The notes beneath the pieces are model-generated. The model saw only the letters and a program-made list of their open reading frames with translations, had not been told where the DNA came from and ran no database searches. The position numbers and the translations under genes are program-made. Of a stretch of DNA of 64,000 nucleotides, positions 58,301 to 64,000 are shown piece by piece. The stretch comes from a virus. Where the stretch lies: IMG/VR virus record IMGVR_UViG_3300021376_000010, one strand, 5' to 3'. The first letter of the stretch is position 1; every line of letters starts with the position of its first letter.

Positions 58301-60178
58301 ATTGTCACCTATTGTTGTAACATGATAGATTCCAGTTTTTATGCCAGAATTGTTTTGTGGGAAATAATAAATTTTTTCTCCAGTGTAAAAATTATGAACA
58401 ATGTCAGTTTCTAGAGTATCTGTTTTTCCAACACCAGAAGTTGTTGATGTTTTTACAGTTTGATTTTTTGCATAAAGTGGATAATTCGATATGCCAGATG
58501 CTGCAACATAAAATGATTTATATGAATCATCAATATAAGTATTTTGTACTGCAACTGGAAGGGAATTTACCGATGGTGTGTGATTGGTATCACTAGATCC
58601 GAGTAAAATTACTTCTTTTAATAATGTCTTTTTAGTTGCATCCAAATTAGATGACAATTCAATTGTATTTTTAGAAATTATATTTACTATTTCTGCATCA
58701 ATTTCTAAATCGTTTGATATATCAAGATTTACTAATTTAACTTTTTGTTCAATATAAAGTTTGACATTATCATAAAAGGAAACAGTATATATTTTTCCAC
58801 TAGTATCACCAGATTTGATTATAGATTTAATTTTGTGATTTGTAGATACATTGTACAACCAACTATAAAATTCTGGTTTATCACTTAGTTCTGCACCAAA
58901 TGAAGACAAAGATATTTTATCATTTACCAATAGATTAGAAGTATTTTGGAAATTTACTTTTCCTATTACATTAATTAATCTAAATTCTATTTTTTGATTA
59001 TCTTTATCGTAAGTATAAACAAAATTAGTTTCAAAAACTTCATCACCATACTCTAAACCAACAATTAACCCAGTAATCCCTAAGAATTGAGTATTTGTTT
59101 TGTCTGTATATGTAAGTTTAACAGTAGTATTAGCAGTATTTTTTCCTTTTACTAGAATAGTTCCTGATTTTGGGAATCCTGCTGTAGAATCAACATAAAG
59201 TGTACTTGAAAACCCATTGACTTTCCTTGTAATATTTGTTTTTTTAGTGCTGACAAAATTAGAAATAAAAGAAGTACTATCTAAATAAATCTCATAAAGA
59301 TTTTTTTCATCTACAGGTCTAAATTCAATTGAGTAAATTGAAGCACTGGTAGAACCAATGTCTCCATTATCTTGAAATAATGATGCTCTATTTGGACCAC
59401 TAATTAGGAGTGGATCTGATCCACTTACTTTTTCAACAAGAATATTTTTTGTTACAAAGAAATTATCATCAGATGGCCTTAAAATATAATCTTGTGGTTT
59501 GATTGCACTGATATCAGCATTAAAAAGAATTTTAAAAAGTATCTTATATGAAGTATCTGTTCCTTTTGTTGTATAGAAATCAATAGATCTTGATAAAATA
59601 TTTTTTATCTTTACTTGAGGAATAAAATTTCTATTCTCAAATCCTGGTAAAAATTGTGCTTTGAATTTTGTAAATAATTCTTGATAGAATAAAAGGTTTA
59701 AATTATTAACTACACTACCATTAGCATGTTCTTCTGACTGAGTTGTAGCGAAATTAAGAGCGTTTGAACTGCTTAAAGTGTTTAATTGATCAATTCCAGA
59801 AAATCCACGAGAGCATCCAGTAAATGATGTGGCAGTTTTTCCAGTATATGTAATTATTTCATTGTTGATTTTTAACAGACCGTATGATTTTGGAAATCCT
59901 ACAGTATGATTAACTTCAATTGTGTCATCAAAAGTCAAAAGACTTTCAGTTAATTGGCATGGAACAAATAAAGTAAAGAATAATTCGTTGTTATATGTTC
60001 TTATATCTTTATATCTATCAAGATTTGCTGCAATATCTGTTATCCCTGTTGGATATTCTTGTGAGATATAATATTGATTTAAAAATTCTTTGAACAAAGG
60101 GGAATCTTCGTTCAAAAAAGAAGGAACTTGTGACTCAATAATATCTTGAATCCTTACTCTATCGTTAATATCTGCCAT
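52328..60178 (-). CDS. gp7: Baseplate wedge initiator gp7-like (N-terminal part)
   Basis: 2616 aa directly after gp6. ESQVP.F..EFL.QYY, DFYTTKGT..SYKILF, HSPIIGWAYDGNPIYGPYG, DLDEHNGRF.KTPDYP.G.YAYF, DNDYYQKFSY, LVHPAGF. Confidence 0.8.
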   Translation of the reverse strand: MADINDRVRIQDIIESQVPSFLNEDSPLFKEFLNQYYISQEYPTGITDIAANLDRYKDIRTYNNELFFTLFVPCQLTESLLTFDDTIEVNHTVGFPKSYGLLKINNEIITYTGKTATSFTGCSRGFSGIDQLNTLSSSNALNFATTQSEEHANGSVVNNLNLLFYQELFTKFKAQFLPGFENRNFIPQVKIKNILSRSIDFYTTKGTDTSYKILFKILFNADISAIKPQDYILRPSDDNFFVTKNILVEKVSGSDPLLISGPNRASLFQDNGDIGSTSASIYSIEFRPVDEKNLYEIYLDSTSFISNFVSTKKTNITRKVNGFSSTLYVDSTAGFPKSGTILVKGKNTANTTVKLTYTDKTNTQFLGITGLIVGLEYGDEVFETNFVYTYDKDNQKIEFRLINVIGKVNFQNTSNLLVNDKISLSSFGAELSDKPEFYSWLYNVSTNHKIKSIIKSGDTSGKIYTVSFYDNVKLYIEQKVKLVNLDISNDLEIDAEIVNIISKNTIELSSNLDATKKTLLKEVILLGSSDTNHTPSVNSLPVAVQNTYIDDSYKSFYVAASGISNYPLYAKNQTVKTSTTSGVGKTDTLETDIVHNFYTGEKIYYFPQNNSGIKTGIYHVTTIGDNKDSKKIKLSLSKSDLYSSVYVNFDRNIVSDSFVKLDYENKVVENQKLFKKFNYVKGDSTLKQVADRTTNNRQVGILINGVEIYSPTLFDENIYYGKLDGITVTNPGKGYDIINPPEIEITDVSGRNAKGYANIVGGLSEVKIVTPGVGYQIKPKITLIGGNGSGAVVEPNLVKSKINAGFKGDGSGVNPTTNTITFSQNHNFDDGEEISYNANFNAEIFPLKTNSNYYAGVISPTQIRLYERLEDAYKKSNEVNLVGISSGFHSFITLKSKNTITEIRVKNSGTGYSNRIIKIPSILAFDEKTNGVNTFDHYVFAKNHGLKDKDILRYSTTGTSVSGLSTSSEYVVTVVDNNKFKLSTIGIGTQFYDINYENKRYIRFNSLGTGTHTFSYPPIRLVVETLSGIGATSVIEPQFEPIVLGSIESIFLENSGVGYGVSNIVNFHRRPDIRVKPIVSEALLKPIVLNGTIVDIQFLSYGSGYDKGIDIIVNGKGSFADIRPVIENGRLVAVNIANGGIGYDKDTTSITIKRRGSDAKFIGDVFEWKINQVEKNKKLLEIQDQAFIVPSKNKDLGLQVVNFYPPRLLRKSIKDHLDSSNRETLNNVHSPIIGWAYDGNPIYGPYGQVGSEIRKIRSSYTKKVEPDKNIRPNLPDGFFIQDFYYDRAIGDLDEHNGRFCKTPDYPDGIYAYFATIDNSAISIPEFPYMIGNYFRDYVIPENYASIFNQDIDLESLNLIRNIGPYYINSGNSNYDLISNTDKKYKQEFTITKTLSSSIDGVQIYSDGTGYKVGDNIVFDNSNTSGSGASAVVSRIKGKPIKSIVVGVKTSLDVSFHTYGNNVIGFTQEPHQLITGDKITITAISNSNYSYFEGIKDVFVSQKTVGISTNIPVLVVSGETTSIVVNDVSGFEVDDFISIGSEILKVTNISAEKSELIVNRLQNTGVHTVGIDSVKLLPRKFTFSVADQKYPIKKNDVVYFNPKTFVGFGSTGKNYTLSDQRNLNVPDRSIYIKNHNFYTGQLVKYNVGFAGTGMIVSNTITQADAFTLQDNQNIYIVNKGQDYIGLSTVGYTTSTGIGSSLNSLYFFDDISVTGLAHSLSTTYEKVVGKVENFSLNVETTETHGLGNSDEITFNLLPRLVDTFKLRYDTNIRKITTEIKSFNTSVAISTETSEIYLPKNNYVTGDKIVYYNDGNTTIGGLQHNETYYIIKQKPDYIKLSNYYDSSKSGVNIPLTSKGSGVQSIALVNPPLTSTKGNIIEFDLSDSSLSGMDLKLYKDGNILIEVESYKYTRNAIDAGVSGAKLRIDTTDKSITNTLFYNLIPLSPSVLEKYQISIDKEVIGYNKISLNPSIYNQSYSVVSTGSTSFKFILNQKPEYFEYNANSGITTIFYDTDSKNTSGPISNIKLNFGGKGYKKVPRISSITSVSGKDAILKAFSNSIGKIDYIERVKDGFDYPTDPTLKPVLSVPTVCQIKNISRVDYIGITTGGKGYNTAPVLKVVGNDNIKSKANIQGGTVTSVDILENVTNMSAPLSVIPTRNSNGYDIDDIVYNPSTNQVTLELVNSDNQIYPLIANQYGNQEVVFPFKVGDKIFVENCRITDGNQKNNYNSANHSYKFFTITGISTTNFTITYSMNGISNNLGEYTTDNNYGYVINENVMAKFEMKLIDDLGYYSGENVVGYDSNGLAVFSAVVMESGWDNDINQLRLIDSKGELEVGNRLLGTRSLLNGIVENVNQFNLISSLNVTRDKINDFTDKIGYLNDYQQRISDNDYYQKFSYSIKSQIPYTDWKEPIRSLVHPAGFKEFSDLDIIGKASNNMKVGVGDSSLNVLINVDSVESMYNRYNFSMVTEDELLPDGSIERVFFPTGVSLKSYILNKTNKVVPIDNISGQFTGFTTTTGGQIVGLTTFKLKNRGTPLFYREFQGNDSSVIDLSNNKFKLRNNNFQSGQKLFYSVVKADGTANVRVNTVVDAGFSYPGISSYFDSPIVSFDSSIIKMSSN

Positions 60179-60179
60179 T

Positions 60180-62066
60180 TTATCTAGTATATGCTCCGTT
60201 TGAATAACTTGAAGTTACAATATGTTCAGTTGCAGAAGTATTTTCTCCTGAACTAATTCTATCTTCAATCATATTAACTACAAGATTATCAATGCTTAAT
60301 TCTAAGTATATATCTTGCAATGCAATCACATCATTTGACTCTGGTATTGCTTGGACTTCAATACCATTTGGTTTCAAAGAACTAGTAATATTGACTGTAT
60401 CTAAGTATACTTCACCTTTCTTATAATAAACAATACCTGCATTATTTTTAACAATAAATGGAAGATTGTCTTTCAATGTAAAGTAAAAAATGGTTCCACT
60501 TGTTTCATCAATTGGAACATCACTCATGTATACAGTTCCATCCACATCTTTAATTGTGAAACCAGAAGATTTTATATTATAACCTCTATTGTCTAAAGGA
60601 TTATTTTTCTTAATATGAAAAGAATTACCAAAACAAAGTTCATAAGTAGCAAAGTTATTAAATGCTGGTTGCAAATCTCTTCTCATTCTAACTTTTGTGA
60701 TGTTAGATGTTATTGAAGAACTTATATCATCAATCAATGCATTTACTTTACTGTATTTAAATCTTCCACCAAAATTATTTAAGTCATACGATTTACCATA
60801 AGCAGTAAGAGTTTCAATAATTTTATTTCTAAGTACTGATGTATCTGCAACTGAACTCTTGTCATAATATACACTTGTATTGAGTTCTACATACAAATAT
60901 TTCAAATCAACTAATTCTGGTTTTATTCCTGCAATCGAATATTGTTTTAACTGTTTCTTAATCTCTTCTTTTGATATTCTTGATAAAAATTTTCCTTGTC
61001 TTGGTTTTACTGATATAAAAACTTTTCCATATTGTGGTGGATCTAATTCATCACCACCATAAGCAGTTACAGATTCAACATTAGGGAATATAAAAGGAAT
61101 TAATCCTTTGTAATCATTTGCAGTAACTGCTCTATACTGAGATGAATAAACTCTTGGTGCAAGATATTTAATAGAGTCAATTTTTTCAATGTCGTCACCG
61201 TTCTCAGATGGTAACGTTGTAGTAAGTGGTGATATTCCCGATGTGATTCTATTTTGGTTATTATCTTCTAAAATTCCAGAGAAGTTGAAGTTAGCACATC
61301 CATTTCCTGCTTTTCCATTTGTAAGAATATAACTTACAAAAATAGAACTTCCAGATGCTGGTCTTTTACCAAATACATTGTCACCAAACAATAATTCATA
61401 TTTTTCATCTTCAACTTCTTGAACTAAAAATATTTTAGAATTAGCATCAACGTTTAAGATATTTGAGTATTGATTATATTCTTCATTTGCTAAGTCAGTT
61501 ACAAACACACGAATACTTGTAGTATCAACAGATGGATTTGGAATAACAAATTTTTGATCTGGTTGTGAACTATCTACGATAAAACTCTTTGTTAAAAATG
61601 TTCCTTCACATAATTCAATATCTGTAAAGTATGCATACCCTGCTGCATCTACTGTTACAGTAATATCTTCTGGTATTGAAAACACATAATTTCCACTTTC
61701 AATCGCACCTAAACCAATTGCTCCTGCTTTGAGTGTAACTGATTTTACATCTAAAAATCCAGAGGTATTTACAGAAAAACTAACTCTTGCTTTTGATGCT
61801 CTTCTTGACCTTGGAACATATCCAATATTACGTGCCAAAGAAACAACATTCTCTCGTAAAGTCGCACTATCAAGAAACGACTCATTCACCGTCATATTCG
61901 TATTGAATGACGTAATGTAAGAATTATATGCTAAGATATCAATCAATACAGAAAAGTTAGAACCCTCAAAGTCAAAATCTGTAAAATTACTATTTGCTCT
62001 TAGATAATCTTTGATTTGTGTTCTTAGATCCTGAAAATCTAAGTTTGTAAATTGATTGAATGACAT
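60180..62066 (-). CDS. gp6: Baseplate wedge subunit gp6
   Basis: LDFQDL..IKDYL..FTDFDFEGS..LAYN, FLDSATLRENVVSLAR.IGY.PRS, YELLFGD, RAVTANDY, GKVFISVKP. Confidence 0.92.
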   Translation of the reverse strand: MSFNQFTNLDFQDLRTQIKDYLRANSNFTDFDFEGSNFSVLIDILAYNSYITSFNTNMTVNESFLDSATLRENVVSLARNIGYVPRSRRASKARVSFSVNTSGFLDVKSVTLKAGAIGLGAIESGNYVFSIPEDITVTVDAAGYAYFTDIELCEGTFLTKSFIVDSSQPDQKFVIPNPSVDTTSIRVFVTDLANEEYNQYSNILNVDANSKIFLVQEVEDEKYELLFGDNVFGKRPASGSSIFVSYILTNGKAGNGCANFNFSGILEDNNQNRITSGISPLTTTLPSENGDDIEKIDSIKYLAPRVYSSQYRAVTANDYKGLIPFIFPNVESVTAYGGDELDPPQYGKVFISVKPRQGKFLSRISKEEIKKQLKQYSIAGIKPELVDLKYLYVELNTSVYYDKSSVADTSVLRNKIIETLTAYGKSYDLNNFGGRFKYSKVNALIDDISSSITSNITKVRMRRDLQPAFNNFATYELCFGNSFHIKKNNPLDNRGYNIKSSGFTIKDVDGTVYMSDVPIDETSGTIFYFTLKDNLPFIVKNNAGIVYYKKGEVYLDTVNITSSLKPNGIEVQAIPESNDVIALQDIYLELSIDNLVVNMIEDRISSGENTSATEHIVTSSYSNGAYTR

Positions 62067-62467
62067 TATATTCTAGTTGGTAGTAAAAGAAACTCTATGT
62101 TTTGCTTGGGAAATCCTAGACCAACAATATCATATTCAACTTCAACATTTATTTGATTATCATCTGGTAGAGGTATTACTTTGATATCTCTTAATACAAT
62201 TCTTGGTTCAAAGTTTTTTAACACACTCATGACTTCTTCTCTCATGATGATTCCGATTTCTTCGTCAACCATCTCGAATAAATTTCTTGTTACGGAAGTT
62301 CCGAGTAAAGGGTTAAAATACCTCTCACCAAGAATTGTTCTAACCAAGTTTGTAACAGATTTCTTGATAGCATCCTCGTTTTTGATGACTAAAATATCAT
62401 TAGTTACAGGATGCTTAGCAAAAGATAAACTAATATCTTTAAATGCTCTAGAAATCCTTGTGGCCAT
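62066..62467 (-). CDS. gp25: Baseplate wedge subunit gp25
   Basis: FKDISLSF..HPVT.D..NEDAIKKSV.NLV.T..GER.FNP..G, FEPRI. TAATG-coupled to gp6. Confidence 0.92.
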   Translation of the reverse strand: MATRISRAFKDISLSFAKHPVTNDILVIKNEDAIKKSVTNLVRTILGERYFNPLLGTSVTRNLFEMVDEEIGIIMREEVMSVLKNFEPRIVLRDIKVIPLPDDNQINVEVEYDIVGLGFPKQNIEFLLLPTRI

Positions 62468-62473
62468 TAAGAT

Positions 62474-62507
62474 TAAAAGTGTATTTAATATATCTATAAC
62501 ACTTTTA
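62474..62507 (-). promoter_or_regulatory. 9-bp inverted repeat enclosing late-promoter-like motifs upstream of gp25
   Basis: taaaagtgt (62474-62482) / acactttta (62499-62507). The loop on the minus strand reads TATAGATATATTAAAT. Confidence 0.5.
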
Positions 62508-62747
62508 GATCACTTTTTTGCCATATGAAGGTTCTGTTCCATATTCCCAATCATCATAATCTTCATCATTTCTAATCTTTTCATGCAATTCAGTTTGCTT
62601 CTTTAAATCATGCTTCATCATATCATCATGCATGATTTCTGAAATGACTCTTGGTTGCACTGATTCTTTGTAATCTGTAATCAAATGTGTAGTGCCCCAC
62701 ATTTGATACATGTAGTTTTTGTCTCTATCAACTGGTAGGTTGGACAT
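62505..62747 (-). CDS. Conserved hypothetical phage protein
   Basis: 80 aa, PVDRDKNYM..MWGT..LITDY, acidic DEDYDDWEYGTEP. AGGAG RBS. Confidence 0.7.
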   Translation of the reverse strand: MSNLPVDRDKNYMYQMWGTTHLITDYKESVQPRVISEIMHDDMMKHDLKKQTELHEKIRNDEDYDDWEYGTEPSYGKKVI

Positions 62748-62816
62748 TTTAGCTCCTGTTTTTTAGTAAAAACAGAACTTTTTTTTGTAGGAGGTTGCTA
62801 TCTCCCCTAACCCTAT

Positions 62817-63158
62817 TTAACGTAGCACATGCCTTAAAGTATAATTTTCTGAATTTAAATATTTCAACATCTCTAATGCGATTAATTTTGGATTTCCTGG
62901 TCCACAAGTATAAACATCAACGGCAATACAACCTTCTTCTGGCCAAGTATGGCATGAAACATGACTTTCTGACAGTGCCATTACGATTGTAACACCTTGA
63001 GGTACAAAACAATGCTGATAAATGTTAAGAATTGTCATTTCAGCACGTTTGACTCCACTTTCCATTGCCCCTTGAATGGAAATTCCATCGTTAAGTAAGT
63101 CAAACTTAACGTCATAGACCTCCAACAGGAGGTGATTTCCCATCGAAAATTTCTCCAA
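62817..63158 (-). CDS. speD: S-adenosylmethionine decarboxylase proenzyme
   Basis: G.HLLLE, F.PQGVT, LSESHVSCHTWPE (E|S pyruvoyl cleavage site), AVDVYTCG. Start is TTG 63158 or ATG 63143. Confidence 0.92.
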   Translation of the reverse strand: MEKFSMGNHLLLEVYDVKFDLLNDGISIQGAMESGVKRAEMTILNIYQHCFVPQGVTIVMALSESHVSCHTWPEEGCIAVDVYTCGPGNPKLIALEMLKYLNSENYTLRHVLR

Positions 63159-63189
63159 CTCGCATAAATCTCCAAAAATGGCACAAATA

Positions 63190-63672
63190 CTATTTATTTC
63201 TAATATTTTGGACTACTTCGTAGTCATAGTCAAGGATTTTTTGCAAATATTCATCATCCCAAGCATCATAATAAGACGTTGTGGCAAGTTTTTTTCTTAA
63301 TTTTGTCAAAAATTCCTTATCTTGATACAAAATTAAATTATATTTTTGATTATTTGTCTGTTTTTCACCAAGAAATGTTGGTTGAGATGCACAATCTTCA
63401 AAAAAAGTATATTTTGGATATTTTTTTGAGAGATTTTTACATTTTTCTTTAATAGAATCTAATTCTAGGTCGTCTTCAACAATAAAAATAACGACACCAT
63501 ACTCTTCAGAAAGAAGTTTGATGTCGTTAATTGGTGATTCTACAATTTTATAAGATTTTTGTCCGTAAATTTTAGCAAATGGACATAAAGAGAACCCGTT
63601 TAAGTCTGGATGATGAACTGAAACTCTTTCAATCCAGTCTAAAACGTGACTTTCTTTATTTTCCTTGTCCAC
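63190..63672 (-). CDS. Hypothetical protein (DUF1415-like CPFA motif)
   Basis: WIE....P.LNG..LCPFAK..LILYQ..L...R..L....YY..W. Start likely GTG 63672, because the longer start lies inside the small basic gene. Confidence 0.6.
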   Translation of the reverse strand: MDKENKESHVLDWIERVSVHHPDLNGFSLCPFAKIYGQKSYKIVESPINDIKLLSEEYGVVIFIVEDDLELDSIKEKCKNLSKKYPKYTFFEDCASQPTFLGEKQTNNQKYNLILYQDKEFLTKLRKKLATTSYYDAWDDEYLQKILDYDYEVVQNIRNK

Positions 63673-63799
63673 GATACTTTTTCCTTGCCTTATTACGACT
63701 CGTTGCACTATATTTAGTATTACGTCCTGCACCCTGAAGAGTTAGTTTTGGTTTGCTTTCAACTTTAACTCCACCTTTCGCACTTTTCTTCACTGCCAT
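63656..63799 (-). CDS. Small very basic protein (47 aa), below the ORF-track cutoff
   Basis: ATG 63799 with AGGAG RBS. MAVKKSAKGGVKVESKPKLTLQGAGRNTKYSATSRNKARKKYRGQGK*. Confidence 0.8.
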   Translation of the reverse strand: MAVKKSAKGGVKVESKPKLTLQGAGRNTKYSATSRNKARKKYRGQGK

Positions 63800-63857
63800 T
63801 GTAAAAATCTCCTAGTTGGTTTTCGTTTACGGTTTTTTAACGGGTTTTTTAAGAATT

Positions 63858-63900
63858 AAAAATGCCCTTAAAGGACTCCTAAAAATCTTTCAAGGGCATT
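63858..63900 (-). terminator. Hairpin plus U-tract, probable terminator of the upstream gene
   Basis: Minus strand AATGCCCTTGAAAGA-loop-TCCTTTAAGGGCATT-TTT. Confidence 0.55.
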
Positions 63901-63926
63901 CTATCAAAAGTTTCTTAGAACGTCAA
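63898..63926 (-). promoter_or_regulatory. Sigma70-type (early/middle) promoter
   Basis: Minus strand TTGACG-17 nt-TAGAAT. Confidence 0.65.
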
Positions 63927-63950
63927 GAAGACACTCTCAGAAGGGGTACA

Positions 63951-64000
63951 TCAGATGATTCGAGTCTTCTCGTGACCAACACGAATCTTTGGATCACACC
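63951..64000 (-). CDS. 3' end of a gene, GT2-like glycosyltransferase-type C-terminus
   Basis: CDPKIRVGHEKTRII*; only 15 full sense codons visible. Confidence 0.5.
   Translation of the reverse strand, partial: CDPKIRVGHEKTRII

Noticed and set aside
214-62992. The many short plus-strand ORFs in the track other than hldD
   Set aside because: All are antisense to well-supported minus-strand genes and have no recognisable motifs.
1-64000. Stop-codon reassignment, selenocysteine or programmed frameshifts
   Set aside because: Genes are long and uninterrupted in the standard code, all three stops are used, and the Cys-rich genes contain no in-frame TGA.

Overview
AT-rich, gene-dense segment of a large T4-like myovirus genome, most likely a cyanophage-type phage (inferred from protein families and gene order; no photosynthesis gene is in the window). 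All but one gene is on the minus strand. Reading right to left: a few small non-structural genes including speD, then the late baseplate/tail module. That module contains gp25, gp6, a gp7-like protein that appears split in two around a three-gene fibre insert, gp8, a VrlC/DUF4815-like protein, several fibre/connector proteins, a subtilisin-like protease, a 1710-aa repeat protein and a carbohydrate-binding/beta-helix fibre. Next come three paralogous, extremely Cys-rich polyglycine (gp38-like) adhesins and a chaperone-like gene. Inside the structural region sits a modification cassette: GT9-like glycosyltransferase, two NodU/CmcH carbamoyltransferases, split HldE (nucleotidyltransferase + kinase), HAD phosphatase, cupin and an inverted hldD. 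Structural genes then resume and run off the left edge. Best candidate novel system (hypothesis only): a phage-encoded virion-decoration pathway (nucleotide-heptose synthesis, transfer, carbamoylation) acting on tail/adhesin proteins. No tRNA, CRISPR array, intron, homing endonuclease, integrase or reverse transcriptase was seen. Family calls rest on motifs read by eye, not database searches.
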